A stretch of 64,000 nucleotides of DNA from Fibrobacteria bacterium (GTDB lineage Bacteria; Fibrobacterota; Fibrobacteria; UBA11236), in the NCBI GenBank assembly GCA_043745805.1, contig JAYTSD010000001.1, positions 96,001 to 160,000 of the forward strand. Direction: 5' to 3'. The number at the start of each line of letters is the position of its first letter. The first letter of the stretch is position 1. Made by a program: the position numbers and the translations under genes. The notes beneath the pieces were generated by a model. It saw only the letters and a program-made list of their open reading frames with translations, made no database searches and was not told the origin of the DNA. This document shows positions 47,182 to 56,699 of the stretch, one piece after another.

Positions 47182-50100
47182 ATGATGCAAGCTGCTCATT
47201 ATACTTATTCAATAATCATTGTCTCGTATAACTGCCTGCGCCAACTTAAGGATTGTTTAACTTCATTAAACTCCTTAAGTGCGCGTGGCGAAATCGAGAT
47301 TATAGTAGTAGATAATGCCTCGCGAGATGAAACGCCTGCATTTTTACAAAGCTTTCATGCGGCAATGTGCATTTTAAGTCCCGAAAATTTAGGCTTTGCT
47401 AAAGCATGTAATGTAGGCGCACGGCAAGCATCGGGAGAATATTTAATTTTTTTAAATCCCGATACTTTGGTGACCGAAGGGTTTGCCGATAATATGCGGC
47501 GCTACTTTGAAAACCCTTCCGTAGGTGCAGTTGGACCGCTTTCAAACTATGTTGCAGGAGCGCAAAAGGCGCAGTTTCATTTAGCAGATAAAACCGATCA
47601 AGATTGGGCTAAACTTTTACAAGTTTCTCGGCGTGAGGAATTAGCAAAAGCATTAACCGCAAAAAATTCTGGTCGAGGATTAGTAGTAAAATTATTAATT
47701 GGTTTTTGCTTAATGATGCGCAAAAAACTTTTTGATCAAATCGGGGAAATGGATGAAGATTTATTTTTAGGCAATGATGATTTGGATTTGAGTTGGCGTT
47801 TGCAAATTGCAGACTATAAATTAGTGATTGCCACCGATGCTTTCGTTTATCATGAGGGTCAACAAAGTTTTGTAACCGAAGCGCGCTCTAAAACGGATGC
47901 TTTAGTACAAGAGAGTACCGACGCACTGTATCGTAAACTTGTTAAATACTATGGAGGGGTGAAACAGGTGCCCCCTTCCTTGGAGTTGTGGGCAATGGAT
48001 TGGTTTAAGCCTTCTCCCAATGCTTTACAAGCCATTACGAAGCCAACAAATACGGCACCCGAAAGGAAAGAGGAAATGTCTACATTAACCTTGAAACAAA
48101 AAGAATCCACCACTCAAAATGATTGGGTAGCGGTACCCTCGCAAGCTTTTGATATTTACCCTGCAAGCCTAAGGCCGCATTTACAAAAGGCAAACCAAGT
48201 TGTTTTTGTGGGCGCGCCTGCCGCTTTACCCACTTTAAGAGGTCGACTGCAAGGTTTTGATCTTGCAGGAAAAAGTATTTCCTTACAAGATCAGGATATG
48301 GTAATTTTTAAAATCACTGCGGAAGCTCGAGTTGATTTTGCCATGCGTTTGCAAAATTTAAGACAAGAATTACCCAATTTGAAAAAAATGATTTTGATTC
48401 TTACGGGAAGCGAAGACAATCAAAATAATCGAAGAATTGCTACGGACGCTTTATGGGGAAGTGGATATTCTATTCGTGTAGAAAGCGAATATTCCGGTTT
48501 ACCTGGTAATGATGTGAATCCTGATGGATGGCAAATAATTGCCGAACCGCGCAAAGCCACGTATAGTTTAGATAAAAAAGTATCCATCATCATTTTGGGT
48601 TTTAATCAAGTAGCCTATACTCGCAAATGCATCGAATCCATTTGTGGATTCACACGGCAAAACTATGAATTAATCCTCATTGACAATGGTAGCTCCGATG
48701 GTACGGCTGATTTTTTCCATAGTGTTAAGGATGCTAAAGTTATTATCAATGCTGAAAATCTAGGAGTTGCTAAAGGCTGGAACCAAGGTTTAAGGCAAGC
48801 AACGGGTGATTATGTATTAATATTTAATAATGATACTATTGTAGTTCCTAATTGGTTGGAAAACATGGTGCGTTTGGCGGAAAGCAATTCTGATATAGGG
48901 ATGGTGGGACCGCGTTCTAATAATATTTCGGGGCCGCAAAAAATTGAAAGCGTTCCGTATGCGAGCGAATCCGCTTCAGCGGAAGAGATTCGCCGTTATG
49001 CCCAACGCTGGGAAGCGGAACATGATTTACAAGCGATTGAATTTGAACGTCTCGTTGGATTTTGCTTATTGATTCGGCGTGAAGTACAAATGCGCATTGG
49101 ATTTTTTGATGAGCGGTATGGCAAAGGTAATTTTGAGGATGATGATTATTGTTTACGCATGCGCTATCATGGACTTCGATTACTCATTGCGCATGATAGT
49201 TTTGTGCATCATTATGGTAGCGTTTCCTATCGTCAATCCTCGGTGGATTGGACCGCTTTGATGCAACAAAATCAAGAAAAATTTCGTCGTAAATGGGCTC
49301 AAGGTGCCGTGGCGGTCAATGATACCTTTGTAGAATTAGGAATAGAAAAATCTCCCGATGTACAACAGCATTCGGTGCCAGAGATTGTGGCGGCCCAAGA
49401 AGCCTATGTGAAGGGTGATTTGCCTTTAGCGCGGAGTTTATTTTTAAGAGCACAAGGGAAAAACCCCAGTAACCCCGCGGTATACAATGGCTTGGGAGTA
49501 ATTTGTTTTCATGCAGGCCAATATGCGGATGCCTTATCCTTGTTTATTAAAAGTTTAGAGCTTAATCCAAAGGCTATGGAAACCGCAGAAAATGCTTTAG
49601 ATGCCATTGCCGCTGGATCGCAAGGCGATAGTCGTTTGCGCGTGCAACAAGCTTTAGCTAATCGCTTTCCCACTAATACTGTATTAGAGCAAAAAATAGC
49701 TTCCCTTCCCGAAGTAAAAGGACGTTGGCAAGATAGAGTTGAAAAAGCCATTGCCGAAAAATCATTTAGTTTTGCGATGGACATTTTAGAAGCGCAATTT
49801 AAATTAGGGCAAGTTATAGAATGTCGTCACTATTTTGGTATTATTGCATTTACTTGTGGAGATACTGCACAGGCTTTACAGCATTTTGCTACGGCCTATG
49901 CCAGCGATCCTACTTTACCCGATTTGCTCAATAATTATTTTGAAGCTTGCGTACAAGCTAATAAACCACAGGAGGCGATTCGGCTTTTAGAAAATGCGCC
50001 GATGGCAGTATTAACTTATGAGTTACGTATTGATTTGGCGCAATTGCAAATGGATATTTCTGATCCACAATGGACATGCAAAATATTTTTTGCGGCGCGC

Positions 50101-50826
50101 GAAGCCAATCAATTATCCGAAAACGCGATTTCCCAAGGTGACCTTGAAACAGCACGCAAGCAATTAGAAACTATCTTAAAAATTAATCCTGCTAATATTC
50201 GTGCGCATAATCATTTAGGGATTTTACGCTGGTATGAAGGTCGCTTATCCGAAGCTTTAGATCATTATGCTTCGGCGTTGCATTTGTATCCAGGTTATAC
50301 CGATGCCTTATTGAATGCTTTCGAAACGACGATGGCCTTAGGGCAAAGTAAGGAAATGTTGTCCTTGGCAAAAAAAGTATTAGCGAATGATCCTGGGCAA
50401 ATTTTGGCAGAAAAAATTATTGGGCATTTAAATACGCAAGGCGATGCAGTTTACAAATATAAAAAATTTGAAGAATTAGAAGAAAATAATCGCCGCATGC
50501 AAGAAGCAGAAAATCTTTTGCAAAAGGATGATATTCAAGGGGCTTTAAAAAATTATTTGCTGGCTATTGACCATCAACCGGAAAATCCCCAAGCCCTGAA
50601 TGGATTAGGCATTATAGCACATTTACAAAAGCGCTATGCGGATGCTTATACTTTGTTTTCTGCGGCTTCCACAATAAATCCTGGCGATCAAGATATTCTG
50701 TTGAATCTTTGGCAAAGTGCGCAGGTTTTACATAAGGAAAATGACGCCTTAACTATGCTGCGATCTTCTTTACAAGGCCATCATGATTTTAATGAGATTC
50801 GAGAAATCGTCAGTCAATATGTCTGA
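47182..50826 (+). CDS. Multi-domain glycosyltransferase: two GT2 domains + TPR array
   Basis: Two SIII..N / DN.S.D / N.G.A...N.G / FLNPD or FNND / GFCL..R / DD.D sets; C-terminal TPRs. Confidence 0.9.
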   Translation: MMQAAHYTYSIIIVSYNCLRQLKDCLTSLNSLSARGEIEIIVVDNASRDETPAFLQSFHAAMCILSPENLGFAKACNVGARQASGEYLIFLNPDTLVTEGFADNMRRYFENPSVGAVGPLSNYVAGAQKAQFHLADKTDQDWAKLLQVSRREELAKALTAKNSGRGLVVKLLIGFCLMMRKKLFDQIGEMDEDLFLGNDDLDLSWRLQIADYKLVIATDAFVYHEGQQSFVTEARSKTDALVQESTDALYRKLVKYYGGVKQVPPSLELWAMDWFKPSPNALQAITKPTNTAPERKEEMSTLTLKQKESTTQNDWVAVPSQAFDIYPASLRPHLQKANQVVFVGAPAALPTLRGRLQGFDLAGKSISLQDQDMVIFKITAEARVDFAMRLQNLRQELPNLKKMILILTGSEDNQNNRRIATDALWGSGYSIRVESEYSGLPGNDVNPDGWQIIAEPRKATYSLDKKVSIIILGFNQVAYTRKCIESICGFTRQNYELILIDNGSSDGTADFFHSVKDAKVIINAENLGVAKGWNQGLRQATGDYVLIFNNDTIVVPNWLENMVRLAESNSDIGMVGPRSNNISGPQKIESVPYASESASAEEIRRYAQRWEAEHDLQAIEFERLVGFCLLIRREVQMRIGFFDERYGKGNFEDDDYCLRMRYHGLRLLIAHDSFVHHYGSVSYRQSSVDWTALMQQNQEKFRRKWAQGAVAVNDTFVELGIEKSPDVQQHSVPEIVAAQEAYVKGDLPLARSLFLRAQGKNPSNPAVYNGLGVICFHAGQYADALSLFIKSLELNPKAMETAENALDAIAAGSQGDSRLRVQQALANRFPTNTVLEQKIASLPEVKGRWQDRVEKAIAEKSFSFAMDILEAQFKLGQVIECRHYFGIIAFTCGDTAQALQHFATAYASDPTLPDLLNNYFEACVQANKPQEAIRLLENAPMAVLTYELRIDLAQLQMDISDPQWTCKIFFAAREANQLSENAISQGDLETARKQLETILKINPANIRAHNHLGILRWYEGRLSEALDHYASALHLYPGYTDALLNAFETTMALGQSKEMLSLAKKVLANDPGQILAEKIIGHLNTQGDAVYKYKKFEELEENNRRMQEAENLLQKDDIQGALKNYLLAIDHQPENPQALNGLGIIAHLQKRYADAYTLFSAASTINPGDQDILLNLWQSAQVLHKENDALTMLRSSLQGHHDFNEIREIVSQYV

Positions 50827-50840
50827 GGGTTTTATTATTA

Positions 50841-53800
50841 ATGCCCTCACTCGATCTTAGTATATGTAGCATTGTTAAAAATGAGGCTTCCAATATTGAA
50901 GCCTTGGCTAATTGCTTGCCCTTAAAGTCTATTCAATGGGTGGTCGTGGATACTGGTTCTACGGATGGTACCTGTAACTTGCTTAATAAGCAAAATATTT
51001 TACCGCAAAATTTTGTTTGGGGTAATGATTTTTCAGCTGCCCGAAATTATTCTCTTAGTTTAGCAAAACATAATTGGATTTTATGGCTCGATGCCGACGA
51101 TCGTGTTGATGAAAAATTTTGGGATAAAATATCCGAACTGATAAAAGGACCGCGACAAGCTTATCGTATGCAAATTTGTTCTCCCCGCGAGTCATCAAAA
51201 GGAGAAATTTTTTTACAAATTCGATTATTTCCTAATGATATGCGGATTCGATTTGAAGGACGTATTCATGAGCAACTAGGAAGTAGTTTAGGTAAAACAA
51301 ATATTCTCATCGTAGACAGCGATTTACAAATACAGCACTTTGGTTATGATACCGAAGTAAAGCGTGAAAGTAAAAGACAGAGAAATTTTTCAATCTTGCA
51401 GGAAGAGGTAAACGAATTTCCGGATGATCCTACAGTGAATATGGAATTTGGAAATGCCTTGGTTCAATTTGGAAAGTATGGAGAGGCGATAAAAGTTTAT
51501 CGGCGTATGTTAGGTGATTTGGATCCCGAAAAATTGGGTACCGCTCCAAAAAATGAAATTCTTTTATTTTACCCGCTGCTATTGGGAGAAACCTTTGAAA
51601 AGATGGGGCAATTAATTGAAGCCGAAAAATGGTATAGCTTGGCCCTGAATTGGCATATTCCCCATTTAAAACCTTATTTTTATATGGGTAAAAAGTTTAT
51701 GCATTCGGGCGATAAAAATAAAGCGTGGGAATATTTTTCGGAAGCCTTAAAATTAGGAACGCCTATTTCCAAAGTGGCCACAGATCAAGATGCTTTAAGA
51801 CGTAATTGTTTAGCGTATTCTGTTTTATTAGCTATACTTGATGACACAGAATCACGTCTTTTTTTAGCGAATGAATATTTAGAGGAATTGATTGCGGGAG
51901 GATTAAATCCATTCCCCTTGGATTATGAATTGCCCATAGAATTTTATCAAAAGCAAAATAATAAATTAGGATTAGAAAAATATTTAAAGTTGTTTTTGTT
52001 GGAATTCCCTAATGATATCCCTAAACAAAAATTGTTACATGAATCACGGAATGAAAAAACACCCACCCCAGAGTTTAAAAAAAACCTCCCCCTAGAAAAA
52101 GAAAATTTAGCTGAACTATTCAAAAATTTTGGAACCATTAAAAAACCTTTGGAAAGCAAATATCGCCATGGAAAATTAAGTGTGGTGATGATTGTAAAAA
52201 ATGAAGCAAATAATATTGCTGCAGCCATTGAAAGCTTTCGGCCTATTGCGGATGAGTTTGTGGTTAATGATACCGGTTCAACCGATGGCACGCAGACAAT
52301 TCTGGAAACTTTGGGAGTGACTTGGTTTCAAACGGCATGGCAAAAAGATTTTAGTTTGGCAAGGAATCAATCCATTGATAAAGCGACCTGTGCATGGATA
52401 ATGTGGGTCGATGCGGACGATAGACTGCCTTTCGACCAAATCGAAAATTTTAAAAAACTTAAAACAGCACCTTTGGATCGAATCTTTGGAGTGGAAATTA
52501 TTAACACTAAAGCGGGACAACCTTTGGGTTCCCGTTTTATGCAGGTTAGATTATTTCCCAATCATGCGCGTTTAAGATTTTGCTATCGCATTCATGAACA
52601 GATTATGCAAAGTGCTGCCAAATTAGGACTACATACTTTTTCCGTACCCGCAACACTGTATCATACCGGTTACGAAGACGAATCTTTAAAAAAAATTAAA
52701 GCGCAGCGAAATCTTGAATTATTAGCCGAAGAAACTGAACGCCTACAAACCGAGCCTTCCTTGGCAATGAGTAAAGGCGATTCTTTATACATATTAGAAG
52801 AATGGGAAAAAGGCATTGAGGCTTATAAAGTAGCCTTAGAAATTCCTGATTGCGAAGCGATTAATCGCGATATCTTTTTCGAATTGCCATGCTGTATTGG
52901 TCGAGGTTATCAGTATTTGGGAAAATATAGCGAAGCAATAATGTGGTTAAGAAAAAGTGCCATTTTACAGCCGCAAAAACTGGAACCGGTTTTTTATGAG
53001 GCTGAATGCTTGTTGAAAATGGGACAAGAAAAAGAAGCAAAAACTTTATTACAAAAAATTTTAAGCATGCCTCCACCTAATAGCACAACGAGTAATCAAT
53101 ATGATATTTTTAAAATTTACGCTTATCACTTATTAGCAAACTTTTTGTTTAATGAAAAGCAATACTCAAAAGCAGCGCAGCTATTGGAAGAAATGCATAA
53201 GCACTATGCACAAGTTATGGAGAGCTGGCATTTGCTGGGACAATGTTATTTGTGCTTAGGAGAGAATGCAAAGGCCGAGCAGTGTTGGCGCACCGCAGTA
53301 GATATGAATCCTGCACTTTTTGAGCCTTTGGCAAAGGATTTTTTAAATTTATTGCAAATGAATGGGAAAAAAGATTTAGAAAAAAAATATCGAGAACAAT
53401 TATCTCAACATTTTCCCAGTTTGACGATTAAAGAAAATCAACAACCCTTATTGAGCTTGTGTATGATTGTCAAAAATGAAATGTCGCATTTGCCGGCTTG
53501 CTTAAAAAGTGTAAATGGATTAGCTGAAGAGGTTATCATTTATGATACTGGATCCACCGATGGGACTCAGGCTATGGCTGCCACTTATGGAGCGAGAGTA
53601 TTGCAGGGGGAATGGAATGGCGATTTTAGTGAAGCACGTAATCATAGTATTGATGCTGCAAAAGGGAAATGGATTTTGTGGTTAGATGCCGATGACATTC
53701 TTTTATTGGCGGATAAACAGCGATTACGATTGTTGGTAGAAAGTCACGCGGATAAACCTTTTCGGGCCTTTGGCTTTTTAGTAAAAAACTCCCAAGATGG

Positions 53801-54554
53801 GGGACGTACGGGAAGTGTATTTAATCAAATACGCCTTTTCCCAAATCAGCCACAATTACGGTTCACTGCGCCAGTGCATGAACAAATTTTACCGGCTATT
53901 GAACAGTCAGGCGTACCTGTAATTTATACGGATATACATATTATTCATACTGGCTATGTGGATGAAGCAACTGGTCAAGCTAAGCAAAAACGTAATCGGG
54001 AAATTTTAGAAAAACAAATTCAAGCTGGTAAAGGGGTAACACCTATAAGCTACTTCACTTTGGGTAATGCGTGTTTGGACTTAGGCGAATATGGACAAGC
54101 TATAAATTATTATCGGCAAGCGAATGATTTAGCGCGACAGCGTGGCAATAACCCGCATGTTATTGAATGGGCACCTGTTAAAGAAGCGGTTTGTTTGGCT
54201 TACCTTAAGCGTTACCCAGAAGCGGAGTCGCTTTTGAAAAAAACTTTGAAGGGTCCAGGAAATCCGGAAGCCGTTTTAGTTAAAGCCCAAGTGGAAGAAG
54301 CGCAATTACATCCCGATGAAGCACGCGATTGGTATGAAAAACTTCTTGGTTATGTGGAGGGAAATACTTTTATGCCGGTAGATTATCAATTGTATAAAAT
54401 CAAAGCCTTGCGTTTTCTCGGACAGTACTGGAATGATCGATCAAAACCCGATTTAGCGCTTACTTTGTTAAAAGCGGGACTACGCATAAAAAATGGGGAA
54501 GAGTATAATTTAGAAGCGCTGCAATCGGATTATCGTCGCTTTAATGCGGTATAA
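50841..54554 (+). CDS. Multi-domain glycosyltransferase: three GT2 (SunS-like/beta-glucosyltransferase) modules each followed by TPRs
   Basis: IVKNE, DTGSTDGT, DFSxARN, W(L/V)DADD, HEQ motifs each present three times. Confidence 0.9.
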   Translation: MPSLDLSICSIVKNEASNIEALANCLPLKSIQWVVVDTGSTDGTCNLLNKQNILPQNFVWGNDFSAARNYSLSLAKHNWILWLDADDRVDEKFWDKISELIKGPRQAYRMQICSPRESSKGEIFLQIRLFPNDMRIRFEGRIHEQLGSSLGKTNILIVDSDLQIQHFGYDTEVKRESKRQRNFSILQEEVNEFPDDPTVNMEFGNALVQFGKYGEAIKVYRRMLGDLDPEKLGTAPKNEILLFYPLLLGETFEKMGQLIEAEKWYSLALNWHIPHLKPYFYMGKKFMHSGDKNKAWEYFSEALKLGTPISKVATDQDALRRNCLAYSVLLAILDDTESRLFLANEYLEELIAGGLNPFPLDYELPIEFYQKQNNKLGLEKYLKLFLLEFPNDIPKQKLLHESRNEKTPTPEFKKNLPLEKENLAELFKNFGTIKKPLESKYRHGKLSVVMIVKNEANNIAAAIESFRPIADEFVVNDTGSTDGTQTILETLGVTWFQTAWQKDFSLARNQSIDKATCAWIMWVDADDRLPFDQIENFKKLKTAPLDRIFGVEIINTKAGQPLGSRFMQVRLFPNHARLRFCYRIHEQIMQSAAKLGLHTFSVPATLYHTGYEDESLKKIKAQRNLELLAEETERLQTEPSLAMSKGDSLYILEEWEKGIEAYKVALEIPDCEAINRDIFFELPCCIGRGYQYLGKYSEAIMWLRKSAILQPQKLEPVFYEAECLLKMGQEKEAKTLLQKILSMPPPNSTTSNQYDIFKIYAYHLLANFLFNEKQYSKAAQLLEEMHKHYAQVMESWHLLGQCYLCLGENAKAEQCWRTAVDMNPALFEPLAKDFLNLLQMNGKKDLEKKYREQLSQHFPSLTIKENQQPLLSLCMIVKNEMSHLPACLKSVNGLAEEVIIYDTGSTDGTQAMAATYGARVLQGEWNGDFSEARNHSIDAAKGKWILWLDADDILLLADKQRLRLLVESHADKPFRAFGFLVKNSQDGGRTGSVFNQIRLFPNQPQLRFTAPVHEQILPAIEQSGVPVIYTDIHIIHTGYVDEATGQAKQKRNREILEKQIQAGKGVTPISYFTLGNACLDLGEYGQAINYYRQANDLARQRGNNPHVIEWAPVKEAVCLAYLKRYPEAESLLKKTLKGPGNPEAVLVKAQVEEAQLHPDEARDWYEKLLGYVEGNTFMPVDYQLYKIKALRFLGQYWNDRSKPDLALTLLKAGLRIKNGEEYNLEALQSDYRRFNAV

Positions 54555-54592
54555 ATATTTAAATTCTTAGTAAAAACTTTTGAGGAGAAAAA

Positions 54593-54916
54593 CTGGAAGA
54601 AAAAAATTGGAGTCTTTATTTGATTCGTAATTACAAAGGCGATTTGTATACGGGCATTACCACTGATGTAGAAAGGCGCTTTACGGAACATAGTCAAGGG
54701 CAAAAAAAAAGCGCGAAATGTTTACGGGGCAAAGGCCCATTAACATTAGTTTTTCAGCAATCCATAGGTAATCGATCACTTGCTTTAAAGGCAGAAGCGG
54801 CTTTCAAAAAAATGTCTAAAGCAAGCAAAGAAGCTTTTATTCAATCGAATAATTTAATTGCTATTTCTGAAAACCTAAAAAAAGACTTTGAAAAGCTGGA
54901 AAAACATGAAGATTAA
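54593..54916 (+). CDS. GIY-YIG nuclease-family protein (UPF0213-like), probable CTG start
   Basis: WSLYLIR...LYTGITTDVERRFTEH; GAGGAG 5 nt before CTG 54593. Confidence 0.75.
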   Translation: MEEKNWSLYLIRNYKGDLYTGITTDVERRFTEHSQGQKKSAKCLRGKGPLTLVFQQSIGNRSLALKAEAAFKKMSKASKEAFIQSNNLIAISENLKKDFEKLEKHED

Positions 54917-54967
54917 CGCAAAAAAAAATAAAATCTCCAAAAGCAGAAGCTTTTTTAAGGAAAACAT

Positions 54968-54994
54968 TAAAGTAATCCTTCAATCTTCCGATAT
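54968..54994 (+). promoter_or_regulatory. Sigma28 (FliA) promoter
   Basis: TAAA-N15-TCCGATAT upstream of flgM. Confidence 0.75.
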
Positions 54995-55049
54995 ATAAAA
55001 TAAGCCTCGAAATGAAGCGGTCAGAAACCCTCCACGAAGGCAGGTAAGT

Positions 55050-55343
55050 ATGAGTGCAGAAATAATTTCCAAAGTAGTACAAATCTTAAGGTCGCAGGAC
55101 TACGGCGTTAAGGACCTCAAAGCTGCTGAAGTGGTAAAGAATATTAGTGAACCTAAAGATGAAGTAAGCTTAACCGAAGAAGCGGAAACCTATGTGGTGC
55201 AAGCCGCTACGCAAACCGAGTTTGAAAAAGAACAATTTCTTAAAGTCGAGCGATTGAAAAGTATGGTTCGCACCAAAACCTATCATATGAATGAAGAAAT
55301 GATGGATGATATTGCTAAAAAAATAGCTCAAATATTCACTTAA
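55050..55343 (+). CDS. flgM: Anti-sigma28 factor FlgM
   Basis: DEVSLT and KVERLK...TY....DDIAKKI motifs; sigma28 promoter upstream. Confidence 0.8.
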   Translation: MSAEIISKVVQILRSQDYGVKDLKAAEVVKNISEPKDEVSLTEEAETYVVQAATQTEFEKEQFLKVERLKSMVRTKTYHMNEEMMDDIAKKIAQIFT

Positions 55344-55373
55344 ATTGATTTTTTTCGTAATCTACGATACAAT

Positions 55374-55402
55374 AAAAAAGGCTCGCACAACGGACCTTTT
55401 TT
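55374..55402 (+). terminator. Possible weak terminator
   Basis: AAAAAAGG..CCTTTTTT imperfect hairpin after flgM. Confidence 0.4.
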
Positions 55403-55507
55403 ATTTCTCCCCACAGCTTCATTCTCCAGTTTTCCTTTGTTATTTTTGCCAGTAATTCCTAAAAGGAAAAAAGAGAAACTAAAATTTTACGAAATTGAAA
55501 TTAATCT

Positions 55508-56497
55508 ATGGTAACAAATATGATACCCATTAAAAAACTGGAACCTGATTCGCTCATTCAAGCTGCAGGCATACTTCGAGGCGGAGGTTTAGTGGCCTTT
55601 CCTACCGAAACAGTTTATGGATTAGGTGCCGATGCTTTAAATCCTTTAGCCTTGGCAAAAGTTTTCGCGGTAAAACAGCGACCCTATTTTGATCCTTTAA
55701 TTGTCCATGTGGCGGAACGCAGTTGGCTAGTAAAGCTTTGTGTAGTTTCACCGCAAGCCGAAAAATTGATGGATGCCTTTTGGCCAGGCGCTTTAACATT
55801 AGTATTACCAAAGTTACGCCTAGTTCCCGATTTGGCAACCGCGGGTCATGCCACGGTGGCTGTTCGCCAACCCTCACATTTAGGCGCCTTGGCTTTATTA
55901 CAGCAAGCGGGCATACCCATTGCCGCTCCGAGTGCTAATCCCTTCGGGCAGCTGAGTCCAACAACCGCAGAGCATGTACAAAAACATTTTACCGAAGGTA
56001 TCGATTTGATTTTGGATGGCGGCCCTTGTAATATTGGGGTAGAAAGTACAGTACTTTCTTTGGTAGGGGAAACGGCTGTGTTACTTCGATCTGGAGGTGT
56101 TTCGAAAGAAGCCATTGAAGCTTTAATCGGTCCCATTCAAGGTGGTTTAGTGGACCCAATCAAACCGGAGGCTCCAGGACAATTGCCTCAGCATTATTCC
56201 CCTCTAACACCGTTCAAAGTTTGGTCAGAAGGTAACTTTCCAGATACCATACCTCAAAATCAGCGTCTAGGAATTTTACGGTTTAAAAACTCCGCTTTTT
56301 TCCCCACGGAAGTGGTGGAAGAAATACTTTCTCCCTCTGGAGATTTGAATCAAGCCGCTACAAATTTATTTGCAGCTTTACATCGATTAGATGGTTTGAG
56401 TTTAGACATGATTTGGGCTGAGTCCGTTCCAGAAAAGGGCTTGGGATTAGCTATCATGGATCGTTTAAATCGAGCGGCGGCAAAAGCTCCAATTTGA
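55508..56497 (+). CDS. sua5: L-threonylcarbamoyladenylate synthase (Sua5-type: TsaC + SUA5 domain)
   Basis: VAFPTETVYGLGA, KQRP..PLIVH, AAPSAN, APG..HYSP, AIMDRL. Confidence 0.95.
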   Translation: MVTNMIPIKKLEPDSLIQAAGILRGGGLVAFPTETVYGLGADALNPLALAKVFAVKQRPYFDPLIVHVAERSWLVKLCVVSPQAEKLMDAFWPGALTLVLPKLRLVPDLATAGHATVAVRQPSHLGALALLQQAGIPIAAPSANPFGQLSPTTAEHVQKHFTEGIDLILDGGPCNIGVESTVLSLVGETAVLLRSGGVSKEAIEALIGPIQGGLVDPIKPEAPGQLPQHYSPLTPFKVWSEGNFPDTIPQNQRLGILRFKNSAFFPTEVVEEILSPSGDLNQAATNLFAALHRLDGLSLDMIWAESVPEKGLGLAIMDRLNRAAAKAPI

Positions 56498-56699
56498 ATG
56501 TATATCGGATTATATTGTATAAATGGTAACGTATATATCCATTAAATAAAACTTGAAACATTGTTCTATCGCAAATAAGCCAAATGCTTTGGAATTCTAA
56601 ACTGCTTGTTGAAAAAATATCCTGGTGATAAGATTTACTTAGAATTTTTATAAAACCTCAAAGTGTTTTTTTGATTTTGAGATTTTGAAAAGGAAAAGT

